This document shows, in pieces, positions 49,163 through 60,345 of a DNA stretch of 64,000 nt (the stretch's first letter is position 1; the number at the start of each line of letters is the position of its first letter). Position numbers and translations under genes: made by a program. The stretch lies in contig CAVPLU010000004.1 in the NCBI GenBank assembly GCA_963706285.1, positions 32,001-96,000 of the forward strand, in the 5' to 3' direction. This DNA is from Candidatus Bathyarchaeota archaeon. GTDB lineage: Archaea > Thermoproteota > Bathyarchaeia > 40CM-2-53-6. Under the pieces are notes generated by a model. It was not told the origin of the DNA and ran no database searches. It worked only from the letters and a program-made list of their open reading frames with translations.

Positions 49163-49334
49163 CTATTATCATTCGACATACAATAATTCCCTCAACATCC
49201 AAACATTGTACGTTCAAACCTATAGGGAATGAGGGGTCCATTTTATTTTGGTTCTCAAGATTCGATCATGGTGTCATGATGAGAGTCCCGCGATTCTTGC
49301 AGTCTTGCTTGGAACATATCTGCAATAGGGTTTG

Positions 49335-49739
49335 TCATTTAGAAGTACTGACTTCTGCCTGAGGCCACTTCCATGCGTACCAGACAATGAATGAAGTGGT
49401 CAGGATTTCTATGGCTCCAAAGAATAGGTAGTAAGTGGTTGTCGTCCCACTCGATATCGGAAGGATAAACTGTATTGACAAAGTAACTAAAGCATACGCT
49501 GTGCCTGCGATGATGTTTGTCCAGCGATTGGCCCTGTATTTCAATACCCGGTAGAGGATAACCATCGCCATCGGTATCTCCATGAGGACTGACACTCCAA
49601 GCAGGGTGGCTGGAGTGAATTGAATAGACCCAAGTTTGCCGTTGTAGATTATGTCAAACAATGCGAGAACGTCCGCATAGACAAAATTGAACATTAGAAA
49701 GACCCACAGCGTCGAGAGTCTTGCTTTCCTGTCTTCCAT
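49335..49739 (-). CDS. DUF6326-like membrane protein
   Basis: KARLSTLWVFLMFNFVYADVL..MEIPMAMVIL..ANRWTNII..IVWYAWKW. Confidence 0.75.
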   Translation of the reverse strand: MEDRKARLSTLWVFLMFNFVYADVLALFDIIYNGKLGSIQFTPATLLGVSVLMEIPMAMVILYRVLKYRANRWTNIIAGTAYALVTLSIQFILPISSGTTTTYYLFFGAIEILTTSFIVWYAWKWPQAEVSTSK

Positions 49740-50117
49740 AGCGATCACCTCTCTGTTTGCGGCTCTTGAGCCTTGCAGGATATTTGAAAGTTCGGGTTCA
49801 CGGTTCCAGCAACCCGTCTGAGGATGATGCGCTTCGAAAGATGAGGTAAACATAACCTATTCTCACTCACTTACGTTTGGGTCTCGCCACGTTTGGACCC
49901 GTAACTTTCCACTAGAATAACATATGACTAGAACAACGAGGCGAGTTGTGTCTAATGGTTCTCGGAGATTGAGCAAGTCCTGACCAGCTCTACCGTGCTG
50001 GCGGTTCCGAGGGGGCAAAACCACAAATCAAAGCGGTAACATGATTACATGATGGTTCGCTTTGCCAAAAAGCGCTAGCAAGCTAGACGGCGGGTAAGAA
50101 TCCCCATTTCTCGAGCC

Positions 50118-50600
50118 GTGTTGAATGCAAGGAACCCAATAGTCCATGTCGACAAGTCTTGGGACCACGTGAATAGGCGCTCAAAAGACCGAAGAATAGT
50201 GTACTTCATTTTAGGCGACAAGGACTTCCTGTATGACAAGGGACCGATCTACTCCAAGGTCAACGGTGGCCGATCAAGGATATTGTACATTGGGATGACT
50301 GAAAAGAAAGATGCGAACGTCCTTCTTACTCTGAGGAGAAAAGCAACAGAACTTTGGCATTGGGGTCTCAAGCACTTGGAAGTCAGATACATATCACCAC
50401 AGGGACGACAAAACGTCTCTGCTGTGGACGAACTCGAGACAGTCTGTCTCTATGAGTTTGCCCAGATGTTTGGTCGTCTTCCTCTTGGGAACGTGAAGCC
50501 GAAGTGGAACAGATATTCCGATAAGGAACTGGAAAAGGTCTTCCGTCACTATCCACCGTTTGAAACAATCAGACCTTTGCTGCGGGAGGCAGGAGACTAG
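50118..50600 (+). CDS. GIY-YIG superfamily nuclease-like protein
   Basis: IVYFI...ILYIGMT...ELE..L..F...FGRLPLGN. Confidence 0.7.
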   Translation: MLNARNPIVHVDKSWDHVNRRSKDRRIVYFILGDKDFLYDKGPIYSKVNGGRSRILYIGMTEKKDANVLLTLRRKATELWHWGLKHLEVRYISPQGRQNVSAVDELETVCLYEFAQMFGRLPLGNVKPKWNRYSDKELEKVFRHYPPFETIRPLLREAGD

Positions 50601-50699
50601 AGCTACTTGTGCTCTCTATTTGTCAGGGATACCGACAAGCTCGACAGATCTTTCGATACGATGTTCATTATCGTCTGAGTTTTCAATGTTGGCCTGATA

Positions 50700-51137
50700 T
50701 TGTCCACGAGTGTGAGGCTTGGTGAGACTTCACTTGCAGCGAACTCGGCAGCGATAACCCAGCAAATGATTCCAATTATGTTGCTAGTAATCGTCTGGTG
50801 GGCAGCTGGATTTTACGACAAGCTTGGACTCAAGATACTGGGATGGTTCATCTTATTCATACTCGTTTTCTATTCAAGCGTGTTTCTTCTGATAATGCTT
50901 GGTGTGGACAGATACTTCGGATTCAATGTAATGTATCTTGTCTATTTGTATGTGGTATTGCCTCTTCCATCATCAGCGGTCGCGTGGAAAATAAAGAACC
51001 GTTATTGCTCATTGCTTAACCGTCGCTTAACTGGTCGGGAGAAGCTCGTAGGTGTGAGTCTGATTATCCTGTTCGCGGCGTACTGGTTCATTGTTCCATG
51101 GGATCTGACTTCAATTGGCATACCATGGTGGCTGTAA
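50700..51137 (+). CDS. Hypothetical membrane protein (about 4 TM)
   Basis: Several hydrophobic segments; start uncertain. Confidence 0.5.
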   Translation: MSTSVRLGETSLAANSAAITQQMIPIMLLVIVWWAAGFYDKLGLKILGWFILFILVFYSSVFLLIMLGVDRYFGFNVMYLVYLYVVLPLPSSAVAWKIKNRYCSLLNRRLTGREKLVGVSLIILFAAYWFIVPWDLTSIGIPWWL

Positions 51138-51323
51138 GAGGTCGTGGTTCCGGTGGTGCGCACATAACTATCTTGAATTCACGCTTGGCCTCACAAGAGG
51201 ACGCTTTGAATTTGACTTCTCTCGGGCTCACCGAAGAGAGTTGGTCGAGGCATGATACACAGCGCGTGATCCTTCCCAATCTATGAATTGGCCATGTGTC
51301 TTGTTCTCATTGATGTGATGACT

Positions 51324-53702
51324 ATGACGCTGAAATATCGACTGAGCGTTCTTGGATGGTACAATTTCGAGACCCTTGTTCTAACCATGCTCAAAGTAAT
51401 CATAGGTCCCGGGGTGACATCGTTTGGAGGCACGAAAGACGGGGGCCGAGATGCTTCTTTCGAGGGGACTGCTCTCTTCCCCAGTGACAGTGAAAATTGG
51501 CAAGGAAAGTGGATATTTCAAGTCAAGTATAGTGAGTTAGAAAGTATCGAATCTGAATCCGGAACCATGGTGTTGAGCACTCTGCGGAAGGAAATGAGCC
51601 GGATACTCGAGAATAACTCGCCAGACAATTACATCCTCATTACGAACTATAGGATTTCAGCTTCATTACGTGAGGATCTTTGCAATCTGGCACGTGAAGC
51701 AGGTCTTCAAGGAAGATTTCACTCAATAGATGGAAGAGAGGTATGCGAATTCCTTGACATACATCCTCAGCTTCGGCGTTCGTTTCCTGAACTGTTAGGC
51801 CTCGCTGATGTGGATCAAGTAATCAACAAAGAGCTTTACGTCAGGAGTCAAGCCTTCGTATCTGATTGGCAGCCTAGGCTTGTCACATTTGTAGCTGTGA
51901 GTCAATACTTCGTGGCTTTGGATATACTCAGGAACCACAACTTTGTGGTTATCGACGGTCCACCAGAAGTCGGGAAGTCCTTCATAGGAGCAGCGATAAC
52001 GCTGGTCTATGCGGCAGACGGGGTAGGATCTTCTTCATACGAACACCTCAAGAAATATTCCGTGTGTACGATGTCGCCCGAAAGCAGCTATATTTTGCTG
52101 ATGACGCAGTAGGGACCATAAATTTTGACCCAAGTCTGGGAGATTATTGGGGCAGAGACCTGCCCGGTATCCTGAACAAACTTTCCACACGACACAAATT
52201 GATATGGACTGTACGATCCTATATTCTGGAGGAAGCTATTGCTTCAACGAAAATTAGAGAAAACGTGGATCAATTCCCCGGTAGAGCACGAGGTGTTGGT
52301 TAGAGTCGATCATGATACTGCCATCGAGAAGGCGGTGATGTTAGAACCACGCTAAGCATTCAGGGCTATCCGACAATGCACGGGATTTTGTGAAGTACCG
52401 CCCAGAACTAATTTGCCTTCACCCGAGTTTCACGCCAGAGAGAGTACGACAAACGATTCAATTCCTGTCCACAGTACCCACCGAATCGATTAGTCCGATA
52501 TCTTATTCGAAACTAATGGGTCAAGTTGATCAGCTACTAAGCAACCCTGGTGAGAGGCTTCATAGGGCGTATGAAGCATTGGATTTCTCTCAGAAACAGA
52601 TGCTTCTCGCGATGCTCAGTATTGGATCTACGGTGTCTAAAGATGAGCTGAGAGTAGAATATGAGAAACGATTCTCTGCCCTTTGACAAGTGCCTTCGCC
52701 TTCTGGAGGACAGCTTCCTCAAGATCGTCAAAGTGTTCAGAGGGGAAGATGTGGCGGAGGTAGTGGCATTTCAACACCCCAGCATTAGAGATATGCTTCT
52801 CGAGGTTCTTCGAGGAGACGGAAATGTTAGGCGCCAGTATCTGTCGATGATTTCGGCTGAAGGCATTACTTCTTATTATTGAGGCAGTTCCAATGTTTGG
52901 GTCTAAGCTCGAAGATGCTCCGCATCGGATAATACTGAGTACAGAGGATGAGCTGGATCTCCTGTGCAAGCGCATTCGAGTCATCGTAATCGCGCCAATT
53001 CCTTTTAGTCATCTAGAAGGAATACTCGCAACGAGTGCCGTCCTGATACCGCAAGAAGGCAGTGCTACAGCGGCAGATTTGAAGACTAAGGCTTCTCGAA
53101 CCCGTGCTTCAGTAAGAGTGTTACAAGAGATTCTGTCTTCTGTATGCAGCCAAGCAGCTTATGACACCAAGACCGGGTACAGTCTACGTAACTGGATCTT
53201 CATACTGGATCGCATCTATAAGCTGTCGACCTCTCTCCCTTCACGTCCAAGACCATCGTATCTGAACATCTTGGTGGAAAGAGCGGCCTCAGCTCAATTG
53301 CCTGAAAGAGTCTCGTATTACAGAATGCTTCGACAATGCGACTTTGACGTATTCAAATCGGTCTATACAGAGGAAATTGATTATGCGCTACGCAGGTCCT
53401 TGACCGATGAAATAGAGGAATGCGTTGCTGCTTATCACGATCTTCCCGATCATTGCAGCGACGACAACGAACTTGAGGCATATTCGCGGTGGATTCTGGA
53501 CGCTAAGGGCATCCTTGAGGTCGCAGATGAGTATTTCATTTTCGGCTCACACGAGCTTACCGACATTGATGATTTGCAGTCTGGCTTGGAAATTATAGAA
53601 GAAAGAGTAAGCGACTACCAAAGAGAGACTTCGGAACCTCCGGAAGAAGAGTATGAAGAAGATGAAGACTGGACAATTAGCCAGATATTTGAGGATCTGT
53701 AG
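51324..53702 (+). pseudogene. Restriction-endonuclease-like domain + STAND-like (nSTAND3-type) P-loop NTPase, broken by about 5 frameshifts
   Basis: FETLV..DGGRDA..FQVKY (PD-(D/E)xK/Mrr-like); Walker A GPPEVGKS; Walker B YFADDAVG; HPSFTPERV and FQHPSIRD. Fragments in ORFs 51288, 52064, 52390, 52661 and 52893. Confidence 0.7.
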
Positions 53703-54042
53703 TCTGTCCCGTTTCGCCTCGGATAACATGAGTACCCATCCATCCGCCGCAATTGCGTTTGCTCTGGCAGCACATAAAAACGGGTCTACATCGTAATGGG
53801 TACATAGTGTATAACCTCTTACTCACCTCATAACCCACACCTGATCCCGCACAGTGTTTACAGAAATCTGGTCAAACAGACAAGGACTAGAAGCTAGAAC
53901 AACATACGGGCATTCTTGCTACTCCCCAATTCTCTTGATGACTAAGCGGGGATACGTATGTCTGGTATGTTCACCCTCACACACACGTTTGATCCCGTGC
54001 ATCATGTCGGAACGTCTCTGGCTGCCGGAAAAATCGAACTCC

Positions 54043-55077
54043 CTAGCCGAAGTAGCGGTCAAGGGTGGGTTTCGTTGTTGGATTCGCCAAACCCGCCTCC
54101 ATCTTCTCTAGCGCTTTTCTGACGCGGTCTTCGCTGAAATCCCGTTCTTTGCAGAGAAAATCCACTATCTCTTCGACATTCGGTTTCGTCCAGTTCAGTG
54201 TGTAGTCAGATCTTACGTCTGGTCTTAGGAAGAATTCCTTGATCCTGTTGACATTCTCAGGTAGATCAATGTCTGGAGTTCGATTCACAATTGTTGTTAT
54301 GTCGCCATACTCTCTGACCAATTTCAGTGCGGTCTTGGGTCCAACTCCCTTGACGCCATCTGGATTATAGTCTGTGCCAATTAGTATGCCAACGTCAACG
54401 AGTTGTTCGCGTGTCAGACCGAGATCGGTGAGCGTCTCAGCGAGTTCGATCATTTCGGGTTCGATCTCTACGTATGCTTGCCTGTTGGGTAGTTTTCTTT
54501 TTCCGGATATGGTGAGGTTCTTCACCATGCGTGGTGCTCCGAATAGGAGCGAGTCATGGTCTTGGGATGCTGCTGCCCAAACATCGCCTTTCATAGCCAT
54601 GTAGGCTGCTTGTGCTTCGCCTTCTGAAGGCGCTTGCACCCATGGAATACCGAGGCCTTTGAGTAGTCTCTTCGAGTCCTCGATCATCAATTCCTTTACC
54701 GTTGCGGTGGCCTGAGCGTACTTTCTCGCATCCTCCATGCTTCCGGCTTTGATTGCCGCCTCGTACTTGACGGTCGCCTCTTCTCTGACCTTACGTCGGC
54801 GTTTGATCTCCATCTCTTTCATTTCGGGCGGCTGACCGTCGAAGACGTAGACGAGTTGAATTCCTTTCTCGCCCAGGTTCGCTGTTCTATACAGTATACC
54901 GCTGAGGTGGCTCGTGATTCTGCCTTGTCTATCCTTCAGTGGTGTGCCGTCAGGTTGCCTGATAATCGCAAGGAACTGGTACAGTGTATTGTATGCGTCA
55001 ACGGCTAGGCTCTTGCCTGATAGGTCGTCTAAGAGTATCTTGCGTTTATGCAAGACTTCGCCTAGGTCTACTCCCAA
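54043..55077 (-). CDS. fen: Flap endonuclease 1
   Basis: MGVDL, DAYNTLYQFL, APSEGEAQAA and GTDYN motifs; C-terminal PIP-like TLDRYF. Confidence 0.97.
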   Translation of the reverse strand: MGVDLGEVLHKRKILLDDLSGKSLAVDAYNTLYQFLAIIRQPDGTPLKDRQGRITSHLSGILYRTANLGEKGIQLVYVFDGQPPEMKEMEIKRRRKVREEATVKYEAAIKAGSMEDARKYAQATATVKELMIEDSKRLLKGLGIPWVQAPSEGEAQAAYMAMKGDVWAAASQDHDSLLFGAPRMVKNLTISGKRKLPNRQAYVEIEPEMIELAETLTDLGLTREQLVDVGILIGTDYNPDGVKGVGPKTALKLVREYGDITTIVNRTPDIDLPENVNRIKEFFLRPDVRSDYTLNWTKPNVEEIVDFLCKERDFSEDRVRKALEKMEAGLANPTTKPTLDRYFG

Positions 55078-55231
55078 AGCAGCGGCCTCATTCTGTGTCT
55101 CTGTGGAACTTCGTAAAGGCTATTGCGAGTGTACAGGGTGAACGTTTGAGTCAATTTCATTCGTCTCTCTCACCCTAATATAGCCTCCAACATCATGAAT
55201 ATTTCATCAGGATCATCAAGGCTGCATCTCT

Positions 55232-56555
55232 TTGAGTTCCGAACTCGTCTGGGTCAATGATTTTCTCTCAAACGGGATAGGCCGAGAGCCCGACGCCCTC
55301 AAAGATCTTCGTGTAGTTCGTGGTCCATCAGCAGATCTCTGTGTACGCTGTAGGGGCGGGCGAATGCTCTGTGGCAAGATCTCTTGCCCTCTCCTGACCA
55401 AGGCGAGAGCAATAGCAACCGTCGGCAGTCTCATTTCCTCTGAACAAATAGACGGCTCTACGCCGCCAGGAGTCTTCGTGGGCAGATTCGGGTATCCTCG
55501 CGTGTCTGTTGGTCCTCTGATACCGCCCTACCATGGAGACACGACAATCTACGATGCGCCTGAGCTTTGGCTTGGCAAGTCCATACAAGAAATAGTCGAC
55601 TTGCGATACTCGCTCGTTAGGGGAAAGACTCGCGTCAGCATCTTCGACGCACAGGAACCCTACGGGATAGTGGATCGACTCCAAGAGCTCACTTTGAGCG
55701 CGGCGCCCGCAGAGTCAGAGGCTAAGTTCGCAAAGAAACCTGGAGGCCCTCTGACATTAAGTGATGAGATACAGCCGTTCGGTCCCTCAGCCCCGCTGAA
55801 GAGTTTTCAGGCTTGGGGAGTCAAAGCGGATAGACGAGTTGAGAAGGCATACTATGATCGGGATCTGAACGCCTCTGACGCCATACTCACTCTGCATGAA
55901 GATGGAGTCCAAGTCACACGAATACAAAGAGCCCTCAGCATGGGCATGTTCGGAGTTGGATCGAGAAGGAAACTTGTCCCAACTCGCTGGAGCATAACCG
56001 CCGTCGATAGTACAATCTCAGAACGATTGCTCGATGAAATCAAACATTCACCCACAATCGACGATTTTCGTGTCCACACCTACAATTACATCGATAACCG
56101 GTACATCGTGATGCTCATGCCCGAGAAATGGCATTACGAGTCGATAGAAGCTTGGTTCCCTGGCACCGCTTGGAATGAGGGCGGAGAATATCCGGCGATG
56201 ATGGGTGATCATGAAGAGTATCAGGGAAGGACAACGTATGCGAGCATCGGCGGCTGCTACTATGCATGTCGGCTCGCAATCGCAGAGCATCTCCTCAGAG
56301 AAAGAAGACAGAGCTCAGCTTTGGTGTTGAGAGAAATTCATTCCGGATATATCCTGCCGGTTGGAGTCTGGAATGTGCGGGAGAGCATACGGGCTGCGCT
56401 TGACCCGAAGTCCAGCACGATTCGACAATTTCAACTCGGCTCTAGAATTTGGATTGTCTAAGTTGAGTATTCCACGCAAGGCATGGCTGCAGAGCAGCCA
56501 CATGCTACGAGAGGCTTTCTTCCAGAGAAAAATCAACAGCTACTTCGGCATGTAA
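55232..56555 (+). CDS. nreA: Nre family DNA repair protein, frameshifted near 56405
   Basis: CxxC..CGKISCP, GSTPPGVFVGRFGYP, LVPTRWSITAVD and GVWNVRE motifs; C-terminal PIP box QRKINSYF in ORF 56361..56555. Confidence 0.9.
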
Positions 56556-56577
56556 CATTCCGCAGCGCTGGGATGCG

Positions 56578-56988
56578 TTAGTCGCCTAGTCCTTTGAGTG
56601 CTTCTTCTTCAACCGGTCGCTGGTATGTCCTGGCGTATCCCTCTCTCAGCGCACCTACTGTGCTCAAGTTTACTATCGTGTTTGTGCTAGCTTCGCCGCT
56701 GAGTTTTCCAAGGTCGCCTTTGAACTCTCTCCACTTCAGGTGAGTGTTTCCGCTCTTCGAGTTGTAGATGATGCCGAGAACATTTGAGACTCGCATGAAT
56801 CTTATCTCTCTAATCTGTTCGAGGGTCTCTTTGTCCTCAGCCTCTACGTACATGGTTCCGTGTTCTGAGGCCCTTTCAGGGAAGACGCTCTCGTCGTTGA
56901 CAAACTGGTCGGGAATGAAAGAGTCACAGGTGCTTACAATCATGAACCGTCTAAAGCTGCTCAGATCGCAGACGGTGTCAATCTTCAA
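56578..56988 (-). CDS. Conserved-looking archaeal hypothetical protein
   Basis: Protein-like ORF with FPER..YVEAEDK..GIIYNSKSG..LKWR. Confidence 0.7.
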   Translation of the reverse strand: MKIDTVCDLSSFRRFMIVSTCDSFIPDQFVNDESVFPERASEHGTMYVEAEDKETLEQIREIRFMRVSNVLGIIYNSKSGNTHLKWREFKGDLGKLSGEASTNTIVNLSTVGALREGYARTYQRPVEEEALKGLGD

Positions 56989-57197
56989 GTGCGTAGCTCA
57001 CTCTCTTGCGGGCGTTGGTTACGGCGACTAGAAGTAGGCACGGGCGAGCGGGTGAGATATGCCTGTCGGTCCCATGGATTCGCCTCGTTTTCGAGCAGTT
57101 GGTTGAGATTGACGTTTCCGGTGGGCGGATCGGCCGAGCGGGGTCCCGAGCAACGGATAAATAAACGGCGGCTGGTGCCCTGTAGGAAAAGAAGGCG

Positions 57198-57389
57198 TTG
57201 GAACTGAGCGAAACCAAAACGGTACGAATGCCAACCTGTACATGGTGTTCGAGAACCATAATGCCTGGAGAAGGCGCGGTACGTTTTCCCTGTCCGAACT
57301 GTGGCGAAGTCACTATGTGGCGCTGCGAGAAGTGCAGGACTTTCGGTAGACCATACAAGTGTGCAAAGTGCGGATTCACAGGGCCATAG
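57198..57389 (+). CDS. Small zinc-finger protein (DUF1610/HVO_2753 family)
   Basis: CTWC..FPCPNCG..RCEKCR..YKCAKCGFTGP; lies upstream of EF-1beta. Confidence 0.92.
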   Translation: MELSETKTVRMPTCTWCSRTIMPGEGAVRFPCPNCGEVTMWRCEKCRTFGRPYKCAKCGFTGP

Positions 57390-57403
57390 AGTAGTGACTG
57401 TGC

Positions 57404-57670
57404 TTGGCTAAGGTAATTGCACAGATCAAGATCTTCCCAACCGAGACTACGGTGGACCTTGTGGAACTTAGGAAGAAAGTGGAGGCTGGGTTGCCGGCAG
57501 GAACGTCGGTTGCGCGGTTCGATGAGGAGCCCATAGCTTTTGGGCTCGTTGCCTTGGTTGCAAGGGTCGCAATGCCTGAGCAAGAGGGACAAATGGATAA
57601 GGTTGAAGAGGCCTTGAAGTCCGTGGAGAATGTGGGTGAGATTCAGGTCGTCAATGTTTGGCGGACCTGA
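57404..57670 (+). CDS. ef1b: Translation elongation factor 1-beta
   Basis: KIFP and EEPIAFGLVAL motifs. Confidence 0.93.
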   Translation: MAKVIAQIKIFPTETTVDLVELRKKVEAGLPAGTSVARFDEEPIAFGLVALVARVAMPEQEGQMDKVEEALKSVENVGEIQVVNVWRT

Positions 57671-57795
57671 ATTCTGTTACTATAAGTAACACTTATATTC
57701 ATGTCCCGTTACCTGTAGTAACAGATTCCGCGAGCCCCGGCCGCGTTCGAAAGCTGGGCCCGCAAACACGATCAAGATCAAAGGAATGAAGAAAC

Positions 57796-59976
57796 GTGGT
57801 AGGAAAAGACACTCAGTTGAGAGTCGCCGACGCAAGACAAAGAGACGTCGGCCATGGCAAAGTTAGGATAGACAACGAAACAATGCAGAAACTCGGAATC
57901 ACTGCCGGTGATTTCGTTGAAGTCCAAGGCAAGAAGATGACAGTCGCAGTCGCATGGCCCGCATACGCAGAAGATCAGGGCGAAGAGATCGTACGAATGG
58001 ACGGTCTGATCAGAAGAAACGCGGGCGTAGCGCTGAACGAGTATGTCGCGCTCAAGAAAGCCGACGTGAAAGATGCACAAGCGATAATTTTCGCGCCGAC
58101 CGACGTAAGACTAAGTGTCGATGAAGAATTCGTCAGTTTCGTGAAACGAAGATTCATGGACATGCCATTCGTTGAAGGCGACATGACTCTCCTCTCCATC
58201 TTTGGAAGCGCGGTCCCACTTGTGGTCACTCGAACCAGACCGCACGGTCCAATCAAGATACTCGAAACCAGTACCGTGCAGGTTCTCAGTGAGCCGACAC
58301 CAGAGAAGAAAGGCATCTCGATGATCACCTACGAAGACATCGGTGGCCTTCACGAAGAGATACAACGTATCAGAGAGATGGTTGAGCTTCCTCTTCGACA
58401 TCCAGAACTATTCCAGAGACTCGGCATCGAACCACCCAGAGGAGTCTTTCTCTACGGTCCTCCTGGATGCGGTAAGACACTATTGGCGAAGGCTGTCGCG
58501 AACGAGTCCGATGCAAACTTCTACGTGATTTCTGGACCAGAGATAATGTCCAAGTTCTACGGCGAATCTGAAGCCAGACTCCGAGAGATCTTCCAGAAGG
58601 CACACGAGACTGCACCGAGCATAGTATTCATCGATGAGATGGACGCGATCGCACCGAAACGCGAAGAAGTCACGGGCGAGGTTGAACGACGCGTTGTTGC
58701 ACAACTTCTCTCACTCATGGACGGAATGGGAACGAGAGGCAACATCATCGTCATCGGTGCAACGAACCGACCCAGCGCGATAGATCCAGCACTTAGACGT
58801 CCTGGAAGGTTCGATCGTGAGATAGAGATCGGTGTCCCGGACAAGAAAGGCCGCAACGAAATCGTCCAGATACACACGAGGAACATGCCGCTCGCCGAAG
58901 ATGTTGACATCAAACGTCTTTCAGACATCACACACGGGTACACGGGAGCTGACATCTCTGCGCTCTCAAGGGAAGCTGCGATGAAAGCATTGAGGCGCTA
59001 CATGCCTGAGATAAACCTCGAAGAGGAACGAGTTCCACCCGAAATACTGGACAAGATGGTTGTAAAGGAGGACGATTTCCTCTCCGCATACACAGAAATC
59101 ACCCCCACTGCGATGAGAGAAGTATACGTCGAAGTCCCATCGGTGCATTGGAAAGAAGTTGGCGGGCTTGAGGAAATCAAGAACGAGCTAATCCAATCAG
59201 TCGAATGGCCTCTGAAGAAGCCAGAAGTCTTCAAGAGGATGGGCATCAAGCCTCCAAGAGGCATACTGCTCTATGGTCCTCCAGGATGCGGCAAGACTCT
59301 GCTTGCAAGAGCTGTGGCAACAGAAAGCGAGGCGAACTTCATCTCAGTCAAGGGGCCTGAAATCTTCTCCAAGTGGGTTGGAGAATCTGAGAAGGCAATC
59401 AGAGAGGTGTTTAGGAAGGCAAGGACCGCAGCGCCTGCAATAATCTTCTTCGATGAACTCGACTCGATAATTCCGAGAAGAGGAGCTGGCTATTCGGACT
59501 CTGGAGCCAGCGAGAGAGTGATCAGTCAACTTCTCACAGAAATGGACGGTATAGAAGCGCTCCAGAACGTCGTCGTGATCGGTGCAACCAATCGGCCCGA
59601 CATTCTCGATCCCGCGGTCATGCGGCCAGGCAGGTTCGATCGGTTGATCGACGTGCCTGCACCTGACTCGAAGGCGCTCATGCAGATCTTCAAGATCCAT
59701 GCGCAAAGTATGCCTCTCTCAGCAGATGTGGATCTACAAGAGGTCGCCGTGAAGGCAAAAGGGTACTCGGGCGCAGATGTTGAGGCTCTCTGCAGGGAAG
59801 CAGCCATGAACGCACTTCGTGAGAGTATTGATGCCAAGGAAGTTACGCGTAAAGACTTCGACAAAGCAATGGAGACAGTCAGCCCCAGCATCAACCCAAA
59901 GATGGAAGATTACTACTCGCAGTTCCACGAACGTTCCAGAAAGGAACGGGCCACTCCGCCTGCAATAATATCGTAG
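57796..59976 (+). CDS. cdc48: CDC48/VCP family AAA ATPase
   Basis: Double-psi N domain; two GPPGCGKT Walker A motifs; RPGRFDR twice. Confidence 0.97.
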   Translation: MVGKDTQLRVADARQRDVGHGKVRIDNETMQKLGITAGDFVEVQGKKMTVAVAWPAYAEDQGEEIVRMDGLIRRNAGVALNEYVALKKADVKDAQAIIFAPTDVRLSVDEEFVSFVKRRFMDMPFVEGDMTLLSIFGSAVPLVVTRTRPHGPIKILETSTVQVLSEPTPEKKGISMITYEDIGGLHEEIQRIREMVELPLRHPELFQRLGIEPPRGVFLYGPPGCGKTLLAKAVANESDANFYVISGPEIMSKFYGESEARLREIFQKAHETAPSIVFIDEMDAIAPKREEVTGEVERRVVAQLLSLMDGMGTRGNIIVIGATNRPSAIDPALRRPGRFDREIEIGVPDKKGRNEIVQIHTRNMPLAEDVDIKRLSDITHGYTGADISALSREAAMKALRRYMPEINLEEERVPPEILDKMVVKEDDFLSAYTEITPTAMREVYVEVPSVHWKEVGGLEEIKNELIQSVEWPLKKPEVFKRMGIKPPRGILLYGPPGCGKTLLARAVATESEANFISVKGPEIFSKWVGESEKAIREVFRKARTAAPAIIFFDELDSIIPRRGAGYSDSGASERVISQLLTEMDGIEALQNVVVIGATNRPDILDPAVMRPGRFDRLIDVPAPDSKALMQIFKIHAQSMPLSADVDLQEVAVKAKGYSGADVEALCREAAMNALRESIDAKEVTRKDFDKAMETVSPSINPKMEDYYSQFHERSRKERATPPAIIS

Positions 59977-59995
59977 GAAAATGTAGGAGAATTCT

Positions 59996-60232
59996 ATGAA
60001 CAAGGTCTGGGGGCCCCGTCCCCTCAACTTGGCTGTCGTTGAGACACTCCAGCGCAAAGGTCCCCTCACCGACGGTGATCTGCTAGATCAAGTCAAGGAG
60101 AGCTACGGAGACATCAGCTTCCGGGAACTTAACAGCGTCCTCCTTAAACTCGAAATCAACGGTATCCTGTATGTCTCACGTCTAATGAAAGGAAAGAGAC
60201 GAGTAGAACTCGTTGCACCTAGGCAGGCATAG
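59996..60232 (+). CDS. Small winged-helix protein
   Basis: ELNSVLLKLEINGILYV; a typical cdc48 neighbour in TACK archaea. Confidence 0.7.
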   Translation: MNKVWGPRPLNLAVVETLQRKGPLTDGDLLDQVKESYGDISFRELNSVLLKLEINGILYVSRLMKGKRRVELVAPRQA

Positions 60233-60345
60233 TCCCGCATTCCATGCGTATTCGCGAGCCCTATCTATCACAATCAGTCTCGGTACGAACATCCGGCTTC
60301 AAGCTCTAAGCTAAGAGATGTTGCCAACCGAGGCATGCATATTCC

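Larger units (their letters stand above)
49163..54040. mobile_element. Putative degenerate genomic island next to the tRNA-Leu fragment
   Basis: Bounded by the tRNA 3' half and fen; long intergenic gaps, more AT-rich stretches, nuclease/defence-like genes; no integrase visible. Confidence 0.55.

Noticed and set aside
57000-57190. GC-rich intergenic stretch as a possible ncRNA
   Set aside because: No recognisable SRP, RNase P, tRNA or C/D box motifs; can be explained as a divergent promoter region.
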